A DNA stretch of 64,000 bases from assembly GCA_965209055.1 (NCBI GenBank), contig OZ242374.1, positions 224,001-288,000 of the forward strand. The letters are read 5' to 3'. Numbering within the stretch: position 1 is the stretch's first letter; every line of letters begins with the position of its first letter. Origin of the DNA: Acidobacteriota bacterium. Lineage in GTDB: Bacteria; Acidobacteriota; UBA6911; RPQK01; JAJDTT01. Of this stretch, positions 50,876-60,505 are shown piece after piece. The notes below the pieces were generated by a model, which was not told the origin of the DNA, searched no databases, and worked only from the letters and a program-made list of their open reading frames with translations. Both the position numbers and the translations under genes were made by a program.

Positions 50876-52285
50876 TTAGCTCAGTATCTCCTCGACCACC
50901 CGGCCCCCCACGTCGGTCAGGCGGAAGTCCCGCCCTCCGTAGCGATAGGTGAGCTTCGTGTGGTCCAACCCCAGGAGGTGCAGGACGGTGGCGTGCAGGT
51001 CGTGGGGATGGACCCGGTCTTCCACCGCCTTGAAGCCGAAGTCGTCGGTGGCGCCGTACGTCATGCCTCCCCGGACGCCGGCGCCGGCCAGGAGCGTGGT
51101 GTAGCCGTGGACGTTGTGGTCGCGGCCGTAGCCGTACTTCACTAGCCCGCTGTTCTGAATCATTGGAGTTCGGCCGAACTCGCTTCCCACGATGAGGAGC
51201 GTCTCTTCGAACAGGCCCCGCGCCTTCAGGTCCTGAATCAGGGCGGCGATGGCCCGGTCAGCGTCCGCCGCCAGGATCCGGTGGTCCAGGATGTCGTCAT
51301 GGCTGTCCCAGGGTTGGGACTTGCCGTAGAAGATCTGGACCATGCGCACCCCGTGTTCGACGAGGCGAAGCGCCATCAGGCAGCCGCGGGCGAAGTCGGT
51401 GTCGCCATACCTGGAGCGAGTCGACGGTTCCTCCCGGGTGACGTCCAGTGCCAACGGCGCCTCCATCTGCATCCGGAAAGCCACCTCCATGGCCTGGATT
51501 CCCGATTCCAGTTGCGGTTGGTGTCCGACCCGGTCCAGGTAGCGCCGATCGAGCCGGTCCAGGAGGGCCAGCTGGCGCCGCTGCTGGTTCGGGGTCAAGG
51601 CGGAATTGCGGACGTTGCGGACCAATTTCTCCGGGTCGATCTCGTTGTTTGGGACGTAAGTGCCCTGGTATGAGTTGGGCAGGAAAGCCGAGGACCAGAG
51701 CTGGGGGCCACCCACCGGATACCCGGGACAGAGAACCACGAAAGCGGGCAGATTCCGGTTCTCGGAGCCCAGTCCGTAGGTGATCCACGAGCCCATGGAG
51801 GGGTGCCCGGCCAACTGGTGGCCGGAGTTCATGAGGTACAGGGACGGCACGTGATTGCCATTGTCCGAATACATGGACCGGATCACGCAGAAGTCGTCGA
51901 TGAGTCCCCCGATCCGGGGGAAGATCTCCGACACCAGGATGCCGCTCTCACCCCGAGGCCGGAATCGGAACGGGGACTTCATCAGATTTCCGGTCGCGCT
52001 GTCGGTCCGGATCTTGGGGCCCGGCATGGGTTTTCCGTCGTGCCGGTCCAGTTCCGGTTTGGGGTCGAAGCTGTCCACCTGTGAGAGGCCGCCGTTGAGG
52101 AAGAGAAAGATCACGTGCTTGGCGCGGGCCGGGAAGTGCGGGGTTCCCGCCGAGGCGGGCATGCTCCGGGAGGCGGCGCCCAGGGAACCGGACAACCCCA
52201 CCGTGCCGAAGCCGGCGCCCATCATCGACAGCAGCTCACGGCGGTTCATGGAACCAGTATAGGTTCCTGCGGCGACTTCCGCCAT
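50876..52285 (-). CDS. DUF1501 domain protein, second copy
   Basis: MNRRELL, GGLSQVDSFDPKP, WDSH, SEFGRTP, GRDHN, GRDFRLTDV. Confidence 0.93.
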   Translation of the reverse strand: MAEVAAGTYTGSMNRRELLSMMGAGFGTVGLSGSLGAASRSMPASAGTPHFPARAKHVIFLFLNGGLSQVDSFDPKPELDRHDGKPMPGPKIRTDSATGNLMKSPFRFRPRGESGILVSEIFPRIGGLIDDFCVIRSMYSDNGNHVPSLYLMNSGHQLAGHPSMGSWITYGLGSENRNLPAFVVLCPGYPVGGPQLWSSAFLPNSYQGTYVPNNEIDPEKLVRNVRNSALTPNQQRRQLALLDRLDRRYLDRVGHQPQLESGIQAMEVAFRMQMEAPLALDVTREEPSTRSRYGDTDFARGCLMALRLVEHGVRMVQIFYGKSQPWDSHDDILDHRILAADADRAIAALIQDLKARGLFEETLLIVGSEFGRTPMIQNSGLVKYGYGRDHNVHGYTTLLAGAGVRGGMTYGATDDFGFKAVEDRVHPHDLHATVLHLLGLDHTKLTYRYGGRDFRLTDVGGRVVEEILS

Positions 52286-52330
52286 GGGCGTCCCCATTGC
52301 GGCGAATTTCGGTGGGCGCCGAGCGCCTTG

Positions 52331-53983
52331 CTATCGCTCGGCGCTCTTCCCGCGGTCGATGCCCACCACCGCCAACCCGGGCTGGGTCCGGAGATAGACA
52401 CAGACCGGGTGGGACCCGCCGTTCGCCGGGTCGGTAACGGGTCGAATGCGGACCTTCAGGAATTCCGGTCTGGCCGGGGGCAGCGGGATGGGGGAACCGG
52501 CGGACGACCCGGCCGGGCCGAGGGACCTGCTCTGCCGGGTCCCGTTGTCGAATTCGGACCATTCGTAGAGGTAGGTCGGACTCGTGGCCGGGGCTTCCCT
52601 TCGGGACAGATCCGAGAACTCCAGGACCGGGGCGCCGTCTCGATTCCGGACCCGGAATTCATCCAGAGGATTGATCCCGGCCAGGTAGTGGCGAACGATT
52701 TTCCGGCGCCGCTCCAGGAGCGTCCGGACCAGGTACTCCTCCGACTCGTCGTCGACCAGTTTCCCCGTCCGCACGACGGCCCGAATCGATTCCTCGTTCA
52801 GCCGCATCAGGATGCGGACGGCCCAGAAGGCGTCCTCCGGGAGCATGCGTTCGAAGGCCGGGTTGGGATACTCCGGTTTCCAATCCTGAGGCTGGAAGTA
52901 ATCCGCTTCGAAACGGCCGACGCCGGGATGCTCCGGGTACTTCACATGTCTCCAGGGCCGGTCCCAGAGGCCCAGAGTCAGTCCCGCCTTGAGGATGGGA
53001 GGCCACTCCACCAGATACTCGTTGCCGGCGCGGCGGCTCTGTCTTTCGATGCTGCCGCTTCCCAGGCAGGAGCCGAAATCCAGCAGGTGGTGTTTCACAT
53101 ACCCCTGATCGCCCCGGGGAAGGTACATGTCCAGCGTGTTGATGCTTCGGGAGTCGTCGTGGTTCAACCAGGCCGCGAAGATCCTCAACGCTCGCAACTC
53201 TCTCCGATTCTCGTGCCGGAAGATGTCGTTCGCGTCGTCGCTCCGGGTTCCGAAGTACTCGAACGGGCCCAGGGGACGGCCCGGCAGAAGCCGGCTCGCC
53301 AGCACCTGGATTTTTCCGTCGGGCAGTCTGGGAACCAGGCGAAGGATCCGATCCACATCCGCCTGCGTCATGACCCGCTTCTTGCCCCGTCCCTCTCGCA
53401 GCGTGGACTCGGACATCACCTGCAGATTCGCGGGCAGGATCCGGACCAGGTGGTTTTCCGGAACGTGATAGCCGAAGGCGTGGAAGAACCGAGTGCTGAT
53501 GGCCTCCGCCGAGGTGGCCAGTTGAGGATGCTCCAGGGGGTCGAACTTGATGAAATAGGTTTCTCCCCGGCTGTCGCGGATGGTGAAACCGGGAGTGATT
53601 CCCTCCGTTTTTGCGGAGACGATCCGCCAGGGCCTCGAGACGTCGGGCGGCTGCCGGTTGGGTCCTCGCGCCAACTCGGCCGGACTCATGGGCCGGTGTC
53701 CCAGCCGATTGTGAAACCAACTGGAATCGGGAACCTCTCCCAGCGTGTTCACGTTCTGCGCCGGGAGGACGGCCTCCCCCTTGGCGGGACGGTTGGAGAA
53801 CGAATTCTCCAGCAGGTCCACGATACGGCTCAGGGAGCGCGGCTCGGGCATGGGAATGGGAAGATCGTCGGCATCGGCCCGGATCGGATCGTCCGGAAGA
53901 AACCGCTGTCCGTGGATCGGGGGCAGTGGGGCCGTCAGGCAGCCCAGAAGCAGAACCAAAGGCGTGACCTGTGGGTGTGTCAA
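52331..53983 (-). CDS. Exported hypothetical protein with atypical protein-kinase-like motifs
   Basis: RBS GGAGG before TTG start; hydrophobic N-terminus; YFIKFD, SAEAI, NHDDSRSIN, LLDFGS. Confidence 0.75.
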   Translation of the reverse strand: MTHPQVTPLVLLLGCLTAPLPPIHGQRFLPDDPIRADADDLPIPMPEPRSLSRIVDLLENSFSNRPAKGEAVLPAQNVNTLGEVPDSSWFHNRLGHRPMSPAELARGPNRQPPDVSRPWRIVSAKTEGITPGFTIRDSRGETYFIKFDPLEHPQLATSAEAISTRFFHAFGYHVPENHLVRILPANLQVMSESTLREGRGKKRVMTQADVDRILRLVPRLPDGKIQVLASRLLPGRPLGPFEYFGTRSDDANDIFRHENRRELRALRIFAAWLNHDDSRSINTLDMYLPRGDQGYVKHHLLDFGSCLGSGSIERQSRRAGNEYLVEWPPILKAGLTLGLWDRPWRHVKYPEHPGVGRFEADYFQPQDWKPEYPNPAFERMLPEDAFWAVRILMRLNEESIRAVVRTGKLVDDESEEYLVRTLLERRRKIVRHYLAGINPLDEFRVRNRDGAPVLEFSDLSRREAPATSPTYLYEWSEFDNGTRQSRSLGPAGSSAGSPIPLPPARPEFLKVRIRPVTDPANGGSHPVCVYLRTQPGLAVVGIDRGKSAER

Positions 53984-53997
53984 CTGCGCACCTCCCG

Positions 53998-55344
53998 CTA
54001 GAACGCCGGCCCGACACTGACCCGGACCCGCGCACCTTCCCGGCCCCTTGCCAGGTCCACCCGGAAGAGGACGCGGTCCCGGCTCTTGAATCGAAACCCG
54101 AACCCCACGTTTTTCCGGAGCCCCGTCAGATTGAAGTCCGATCGGTCCCGAAACACCTTGCCCGCGTCGTAGAAGAGGGCCAGTTCCAGAGCGGGCGCCG
54201 CCTCCCAGCGGTACTCGGCCGAGAGGTAGATGAGATTCCGGTCCCGGAAACGCTGATCCCTGAAGGATCTCAGAACATGCGGCCCCCCCAATGTGGGCTG
54301 ATAGTAGAAGGGCACCCGGCTTCCGCTCTCGGGTTGGGTCGTCGAGGTCAGGAAACGCAGGGCCAGCACCCGCTGGCGGGATCCCAACGACAGGTATTGA
54401 CGCCCCTGCATAGCGAAGCCCGAGAAATGGTAGTCGGCCCCGCCCAATTGGGCGTGGCGGGACCAGGACAGGTCAACGACGCTCCCCGAGTGGGTGTTTT
54501 CCGGCCGGTCCCGAAAGTCCAGGGAGAGAGTGGCGCGGGTCCGAAGGAAACCGGGTTGGCGGGCGAGGCCGGGGGTCGTGGCATCGTCGAAGACACTTGC
54601 GACGGGAACGGCGCCGGGGTCGGTTCCGGGACCGGTGTTCACCTGTAGCACTCCCACTTCCGACTCTCCCAGCAACCACGCGCCCACCCGGTACCGGACG
54701 GTCTTCCCATAGAAAACCTCCTCCAGGCGGTAATCGCTGCGGTCTCGCTCCCTGGAGTCGGCGCCGGGTCCGAAGTAGTTCAGCCTGGGAAAGTTGCGGT
54801 ACCGGATCTGGCCGAAGACGCTGAGCCGTTCCGTCGTTCGACCTGGCTCGGCTCGCTGGCGGAACCCGTGGTCTTCCGGGTCGAGTTCGAAACCGGGGCC
54901 GATGTTCGGGAGCCGGCCGAACTGCAGGTCAACCAGTTGGTAGCCGCGGATGGAATAGCCGCCCGTCAGGGCCGCGCCGAGCCGGCTGCGCCTCAACTTC
55001 GGCTGCCAGTACCGTGCGCCGAAGGCGACGGCGGACCGGGGCCCCAGGACGCCCACCACCGGCTTGAGTCCCGGTGAACCGGTACCGCCAAGCGTACCGA
55101 ATCCTCTCTTTTCCACCCAGAGAAGAGCCTTTTCGAGGCCGCCGGCACGAGGCGGAGTGACGCGGGATCGCTTCTCGATCCGTTTCTGCTTCCAGCGTCC
55201 GGCCCGGGTGTCCTGGGGGGAAGCGGACTTTGTGCCTGGGGTTTCTTTCCCGGCGCCGGAATCGCCGGATTCCGCACTCCCGGCAGCAACGCCTGGAAAG
55301 GAGAGCAGCAGGTAGGCCGAGCAGAGGACTCGCAAGCCGAGCAC
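53998..55344 (-). CDS. BamA/TamA (Omp85) family outer-membrane barrel, apparently without POTRA domains
   Basis: LGGPHVLRSFRDQRFRD (loop-6 VRGF-like), AEYRW, LFYDAGKV, GFGFRF, C-terminal Phe; start trimmed to GTG 55344. Confidence 0.85.
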   Translation of the reverse strand: MLGLRVLCSAYLLLSFPGVAAGSAESGDSGAGKETPGTKSASPQDTRAGRWKQKRIEKRSRVTPPRAGGLEKALLWVEKRGFGTLGGTGSPGLKPVVGVLGPRSAVAFGARYWQPKLRRSRLGAALTGGYSIRGYQLVDLQFGRLPNIGPGFELDPEDHGFRQRAEPGRTTERLSVFGQIRYRNFPRLNYFGPGADSRERDRSDYRLEEVFYGKTVRYRVGAWLLGESEVGVLQVNTGPGTDPGAVPVASVFDDATTPGLARQPGFLRTRATLSLDFRDRPENTHSGSVVDLSWSRHAQLGGADYHFSGFAMQGRQYLSLGSRQRVLALRFLTSTTQPESGSRVPFYYQPTLGGPHVLRSFRDQRFRDRNLIYLSAEYRWEAAPALELALFYDAGKVFRDRSDFNLTGLRKNVGFGFRFKSRDRVLFRVDLARGREGARVRVSVGPAF

Positions 55345-55420
55345 GAAGCGGCATTCTATCGCAGCCGGCCGCCTTGGGGGTAACGGGCCGGTGCGGCTCC
55401 ACTCAGGGATGTCGGCGGAC

Positions 55421-55449
55421 TTGACCCGGCCCGTCGCCTCGGCTACGTT
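55421..55449 (+). promoter_or_regulatory. Sigma70 promoter upstream of the riboswitch
   Basis: TTGACC, 17 bp, TACGTT. Confidence 0.55.
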
Positions 55450-55451
55450 GA

Positions 55452-55633
55452 TCCCGCGTCGGTGCTCCGGCCATCCGGAGCGGCGAGAGGGAACCCGGTG
55501 AGAGTCCGGGGCTGCCCCGCAGCGGTAAACGGGAACGACCGCCGTCTTAGCACTGGCTCCGGGGAGTTGGGAAGCGACGGCCTGTAGGAGCGGCGAAAGC
55601 CGAATGCCCGTGAGTCCGAAGACCTGCCGGCAC
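55452..55633 (+). ncRNA. Cobalamin (B12) riboswitch
   Basis: AGGGAA-CCCGGTG..TCCGGG-GCTGCCCCGCAGCGGT, CACTGG..GGGAAG, B12 box GAGTCCGAAGACCTGCC; lies upstream of btuFCD-like genes. Confidence 0.93.
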
Positions 55634-55734
55634 CATATCCATTGACCTGTGCCTTCGAGGGAAGGAACAGGGTCGCTCCGGCCGGCCTGGCTTTCCTCTT
55701 CCTCATCGAAACCCCGGGTCGTGGCCGAGGGACC

Positions 55735-56511
55735 ATGAACGGCGCGGAACCGCAACAAAAACCGGGGGAGGAAGACACCCTGCCGTTAAACGGTGCCGGC
55801 GAGTCCATCGCCATGTGCTTCAGCGGGGGAAAGGACAGTTCCCTCGCCCTGTGGGAGATTCGCCGCGCGCAGACGTATGTGGTCGAAACCCTTTTGACCA
55901 CGGTCAACGCCGAGTACGACCGGGTCAGCATGCACGGCGTTCGCCGTGAGCTGCTGCGGGAACAGGCGGACGCCATCGGGATTCCAATGACGGAGGTCCC
56001 GGTGCCCCGAGTTTGCACTAACGCCGTCTACGAGCGGGAGATGGGGGCGGCGTTCGCGCGGCTGGCGGCCGGCGGAATTCGGCGCGTGGCCTTTGGCGAC
56101 ATTTTCCTGGAAGACCTGCGGACCTACCGGGAAGAGCAGTTGGCCGCCTCGAAGCTGGAATGCTTCTTTCCGCTCTGGAAGCAGGACACCGGGAAGTTGG
56201 CGCGCCGGTTCATCCAGGGTGGGTTCAAGGCCGTCCTGGTCTGCGTGAATTTGAAGGTCCTGGATTCGACCTTTGCCGGCCGCCGCTTCGATGAGGCCCT
56301 GCTGTCCGACCTTCCGCCGGGTGTCGACCCGTGCGGCGAGAACGGAGAATTCCACACTTTCGTGTACGACGGACCGGTCTTCCGCCGGTCCGTGCGCGTG
56401 TCTACGGGCGAGGTCGTCCAACGGGACTCCTTCGTTTTCTGCGACCTGCTGTCCGCGTCGCCGCCCCGGCGATCGGCTCCACCGTCCCCCAACCCAGGAG
56501 GAGAGGAATGA
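55735..56511 (+). CDS. Dph6/MJ0570-like ATP pyrophosphatase (diphthamide-synthase family, AANH)
   Basis: PP-loop SGGKDS, MHGVR, FGDIFLED, FPLW, DPCGENGEFHT. Confidence 0.9.
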   Translation: MNGAEPQQKPGEEDTLPLNGAGESIAMCFSGGKDSSLALWEIRRAQTYVVETLLTTVNAEYDRVSMHGVRRELLREQADAIGIPMTEVPVPRVCTNAVYEREMGAAFARLAAGGIRRVAFGDIFLEDLRTYREEQLAASKLECFFPLWKQDTGKLARRFIQGGFKAVLVCVNLKVLDSTFAGRRFDEALLSDLPPGVDPCGENGEFHTFVYDGPVFRRSVRVSTGEVVQRDSFVFCDLLSASPPRRSAPPSPNPGGEE

Positions 56512-56606
56512 AACCTCGGCGCTCCCCGATGCTGGCGCTGCTGTTCAGCGGCGTGTCCCTGAAACAGCCGGTGCCGGCTCAGGCATACCGGTTCGGCGGC
56601 TCATAA
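56508..56606 (+). pseudogene. 32-codon coupled mini-ORF, probable remnant of a deleted exported protein
   Basis: RBS AGGAGGAGAGG and ATGA overlap; MKPRRSPMLALLFSGVSLKQPVPAQAYRFGGS. Confidence 0.45.
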
Positions 56607-56615
56607 CGGGTCGAA

Positions 56616-57539
56616 ATGTCTCATCGGATCATCACCCTCATCGCCAGCGCAACGGAGATCGTGTGCGCACTCGGCTTCGAGCGCGAGCTGGTCGGCCGTT
56701 CCCACGAATGCGACTATCCCGCCTTCGTGTCCCGGCTTCCGACCTGCTCGAGTTCGAAGGTGGAATTGGAGGCCGTCAGCCGGACCATCGACGATCAGGT
56801 CCGGACCATCGTCTCCGACGGCCTGTCCGTCTACCGCGTCGATCCCGACCTTCTGAATCGCCTGGCGCCGACGGTCATTGTCACGCAGACGCAGTGCGAG
56901 GTCTGCGCCGTCAGTCTGCGGGATGTCGAGGAGGCAGTGTGCGAACTCGTGACTTCGCAGCCTGCGATCGTTTCCCTGGAACCCATGGCCCTGTGCGACG
57001 TTTGGGAGGACATCCGCAAGGTGGCGGCGGCGCTTGGAGACCCGGGACGCGGCGACGATCTCGTGACCGGCCTCAAGGATCGGCTCCAGGGGATTCGCAC
57101 ACGGACGGAGCCGGTGCGGACCCGTCCTTCCATTGCGTGCATCGAGTGGATCGATCCTCTCATGACCGCGGCCAACTGGATGCCCGAGCTGGTCGAATGC
57201 GCCGGCGGCCGGAACCTCTTCGGTGAGCCGGGGAAACACTCCGGCTATTTCGACTTCGACCAGCTTGCGGCTGCCGATCCGGACGTGATCGCCCTCTTGC
57301 CGTGCGGCTTCGATATCGAGCGCACCTGCCGCGAAATGCCCCCGCTGGCGACCCATCCGGGATGGCCGGAACTGGCCGCGGTCCGGAACGGACGCGTGTT
57401 CGTGACGGACGGGAACCAGTATTTCAACCGGCCTGGACCGCGAGTCGTGGAGTCCGCCGAGATCCTGGCGGAGATCCTGCATCCTGGACTCTTCGATTTC
57501 GGGCACCGCGGGACCGGGTGGAAACGCTGGGAAGGTTAA
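56616..57539 (+). CDS. BtuF-like helical-backbone binding protein lacking a signal peptide, Cys-rich
   Basis: RIITLIASATEIV, SHECDYP, QCEVCAV, EWIDP, PCGF, FNRPGPR. Confidence 0.85.
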   Translation: MSHRIITLIASATEIVCALGFERELVGRSHECDYPAFVSRLPTCSSSKVELEAVSRTIDDQVRTIVSDGLSVYRVDPDLLNRLAPTVIVTQTQCEVCAVSLRDVEEAVCELVTSQPAIVSLEPMALCDVWEDIRKVAAALGDPGRGDDLVTGLKDRLQGIRTRTEPVRTRPSIACIEWIDPLMTAANWMPELVECAGGRNLFGEPGKHSGYFDFDQLAAADPDVIALLPCGFDIERTCREMPPLATHPGWPELAAVRNGRVFVTDGNQYFNRPGPRVVESAEILAEILHPGLFDFGHRGTGWKRWEG

Positions 57540-57624
57540 GAATCGGCATTCGCCTGACGATCCTGTGAATCGCTTGGAGGAATGCGGGCGGAGAGCCGTA
57601 AGCGGATGGACTTGAGAAGTGCAG

Positions 57625-58521
57625 ATGAATCGAGCCCGGCGAGCCCTGCGGATCCTCCTGCCCGTATTGCTGTTGGCAGGATGCCGGGAAGAGCAGACAC
57701 CTCGTCCGAACAGCGCGTCTCCCGCTTCGGAACCGGAATCTGACGCCCGGCGAGTCATCGCCTACGGCCCCAGCATCGTGGAGTTTCTGTTTACCATGGG
57801 TCTGCAGGACCGGATCGTCGGGGTGTCGCCCCACTGCGACCACCCTGCCGAGGCACGCCGTTTGCCTGTAGTCGGGACCGCGGTCGAACCGAACGTGGAG
57901 AAGATCCTGGCGCTCCGGCCCGACCTGATCGTGGCGCTGGGGAAGGGGTTCAAGCTGGAGCGCATCGCTCGCCGGCAGGGAATCCGGTTCCTGGCCCTGG
58001 AATCGACATCGGTCGGGGACGTGCTCCGAGCGCCGGTCCGGTTGGGCGATGCGCTGAGAAATCCCCGGGCCGGCGAGCCCGTGGCCACGCGCCTGAAGCG
58101 GGAGTTGGACGAAATCCGGCAACTTTATTCCGGACGTCCCCGTCTCGACGTCCTGGTGGCGATGGGCAGCAAGAGCCACCAGGTGTTCTCCGCGGGGAAG
58201 GGATCCTTCCTGACCGGGTTGGTGGAACTGGCGGGCTCGCGCTCCATCACCGCCGACCTGGAAAAACCGTGGCCCGTGGTGAGCCTGGAGACGGTCCTGG
58301 TGCGCCGTCCCCAGGTCATCCTGGTGCTGGACTCACGGGACCATCTTCCGGAGGAGGTGAAGAACCGGTTCCTGGCGGAATGGCGGATGCACCCCACGCT
58401 GCCGGCGGTCCGCGACGGACGGGTCCGGGTGCTGAACGGCAGTTTTCTCCTGCGTTCGGGTCCACGCCTTCCCCAGGCCGCCCGGCTCATCGCCCGGGCC
58501 ATCCACGGCGGCGAGGAATGA
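57625..58521 (+). CDS. btuF: Cobalamin ABC transporter periplasmic binding lipoprotein (BtuF-like)
   Basis: Lipobox LLLAGC, PNVEKILALRPDL, LPAVRDGRV, RSGPR. Confidence 0.8.
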   Translation: MNRARRALRILLPVLLLAGCREEQTPRPNSASPASEPESDARRVIAYGPSIVEFLFTMGLQDRIVGVSPHCDHPAEARRLPVVGTAVEPNVEKILALRPDLIVALGKGFKLERIARRQGIRFLALESTSVGDVLRAPVRLGDALRNPRAGEPVATRLKRELDEIRQLYSGRPRLDVLVAMGSKSHQVFSAGKGSFLTGLVELAGSRSITADLEKPWPVVSLETVLVRRPQVILVLDSRDHLPEEVKNRFLAEWRMHPTLPAVRDGRVRVLNGSFLLRSGPRLPQAARLIARAIHGGEE

Positions 58522-59381
58522 GTAAGGGAGAAGAAGAGGAGGGGAAACTGGACGCTTCTTTTTCACTGACGGCGCAGGGAGTGGCGTTTCGTTACGCCGG
58601 GCAGGAGTCATTGCTGGAGGACGTGCAACTTTCGGTCGAGCCGGGTTCGCTCACCATGCTCATCGGTCCCAACGGCGCCGGGAAAAGCACTCTGATGAAG
58701 ATCCTGGCCGGTCTGCTGGAGCCGGCGCAGGGGACCGTCCAACTCCAGGCCGGGCCTGGAAAACGCTCGCACGACCTGGCCGGCCTGTCACTTCTGGCCC
58801 GGGCCCGGACGGTCGCCTATCTGCCCCAGGAAGTCCTTCCTCCCGACGGTTACACCGTGCAGGAGGTGGTCCTTCTGGGCCGCTTTCCCCACCAGCGATG
58901 GTGGACTCTCCCTGGTGAGCAGGACCGGGAGATCGTGGGGGAGTCGCTGGAGCGAATGGGGGTGGCGCAGCTGAGGAATCGGGTGTTCGAATCGCTCAGC
59001 GGCGGGGAGCAGCAGGCGGTTCTCCTGGCGGGGATCCTGGCCCAGCAGAGTTCGCTGTTGTTGCTGGACGAACCGGGGAAGGGGCTGGACGTCCACCATC
59101 TGGCGACGTTCTCACAGAGGCTCCGGCGCTTGGCCCGTGCCGGCAGGGGCATTCTCTGCATCACCCACGACCTGAATCTGGCCTCCCGTTTCGCCGACGT
59201 GATCTACCTGCTCTCGGACCGAAGGATCCGCGCTCGGGGCCGGCCCCGGCAAGTGTTGACCCAGGACTTGATGGAGGAATCCTACGGAAGCGACGTCGAG
59301 GTCACGCGGGATGCCGGAAGCGGACTTCCCGTGGTCCTGCCCGGTTCCCGGTCCGACAAGCCCGGCGGTATCCGGAGATGA
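58518..59381 (+). CDS. btuD: Cobalamin/iron-chelate ABC ATPase (BtuD-like)
   Basis: GPNGAGKST, LSGGE, LLDEP, THDLNLA; ATGA coupling. Confidence 0.85.
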   Translation: MSKGEEEEGKLDASFSLTAQGVAFRYAGQESLLEDVQLSVEPGSLTMLIGPNGAGKSTLMKILAGLLEPAQGTVQLQAGPGKRSHDLAGLSLLARARTVAYLPQEVLPPDGYTVQEVVLLGRFPHQRWWTLPGEQDREIVGESLERMGVAQLRNRVFESLSGGEQQAVLLAGILAQQSSLLLLDEPGKGLDVHHLATFSQRLRRLARAGRGILCITHDLNLASRFADVIYLLSDRRIRARGRPRQVLTQDLMEESYGSDVEVTRDAGSGLPVVLPGSRSDKPGGIRR

Positions 59382-60448
59382 CCAGGGACGGCTCCGGGGG
59401 TCGAACGGGCCAGGTTTTGGGAACCGTGGGGTTGTGCTTCCTCTTTTTGTTCACGGCTCTGGCCATCTCGCCGTTCTTCGGAGCCGAAGAGGTCGACGCG
59501 CTGTCGGGGCTGAAATTGATCTCCCGGCACGGTTTCACGTCCCCTCTGCCGGAGGAACTGCCCGAAAGGGATCAGAATCAGGTCCTGCGCAGCATCGTCT
59601 CCAATCGCATTCTTCGGTCCTGGATGGGGGTCATTGCCGGCGCCGGACTGGCGGTGATCGGAGCGGCGCTGCAGGCGATCCTGCGCAATCCTCTGGTAGC
59701 GCCGTCGACTCTGGGGGTCTCAACGGCGGCGGCCGTCGGCGCCTTCTGCGTCATCATCGGATTCGGGTCCGGACTCACCTGGGGCCCCTTCTCGCCGATC
59801 CAGGTGGCCGCCTACCTGGCGGCGGTCCTGGACATCCTCCTGATCTACGGCATCGCGAGACTGGCCGGACGCCTCAGCATGGCGACCCTGCTGCTGGCCG
59901 GGATCACGGTGAACCTGATCTGCGGCGCTCTCATCCTGCTGATGCGTCACCAGGCCGAGAACCCTTATGACCTGCACGTGTTGGACCACTGGCTCATGGG
60001 GAGTCTGAACTCGCTATACACCTGGAGCGATCTCTGGAGCATTCTCCCCTTTGTTCTGCCGGGAGTGGCCGTGATCGTCTGGTTGTCGCACCGGCTCAAC
60101 CCCTTGGCTCTGGGCGATGACTACGCGGCGGGTCGCGGCGTGCCGGTCCGCCGGGTCCGGCTTCTCGTCTTCGTGTTCGGCTCCCTGGCCGTGGCCGGAA
60201 TCGTCTCGGCGGTGGGGCCCATCGGATTCGTGGGGCTGATCGTGCCGCACATGGTCCGCCGCCTGGTGGGAACCGATCAGCGGCTGGTGATGGCGGCTTC
60301 GCTCCTGGTGGGGGGCGGGTTCCTGCTCGTCTGCGACTGCATCGTCCGGTCCAGGCTCATCGGAGGCGTGGAGTTGCCGGTGGGCGTTCTGACCGCCCTG
60401 CTGGGCGGCCCCACGTTCCTGTTCCTGCTGATTCGCTCCCGCCGTTAA
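59378..60448 (+). CDS. btuC: FecCD/BtuC family ABC permease
   Basis: LQAILRNPL, WLMGSL, GPIGFVGLIVPH, LPVGVLTALLGGP. Confidence 0.88.
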   Translation: MTRDGSGGRTGQVLGTVGLCFLFLFTALAISPFFGAEEVDALSGLKLISRHGFTSPLPEELPERDQNQVLRSIVSNRILRSWMGVIAGAGLAVIGAALQAILRNPLVAPSTLGVSTAAAVGAFCVIIGFGSGLTWGPFSPIQVAAYLAAVLDILLIYGIARLAGRLSMATLLLAGITVNLICGALILLMRHQAENPYDLHVLDHWLMGSLNSLYTWSDLWSILPFVLPGVAVIVWLSHRLNPLALGDDYAAGRGVPVRRVRLLVFVFGSLAVAGIVSAVGPIGFVGLIVPHMVRRLVGTDQRLVMAASLLVGGGFLLVCDCIVRSRLIGGVELPVGVLTALLGGPTFLFLLIRSRR

Positions 60449-60505
60449 AGTGCCGCCGAAAGCGGGAGTATCGGCGGGTCAGGGACGCGAGTGGACGAGG
60501 TCCGG

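Noticed and set aside
55345-55758. N-terminal extensions of the Omp85 ORF and the Dph6-like ORF
   Set aside because: They run through the riboswitch, promoter and leader region; this stretch is non-coding
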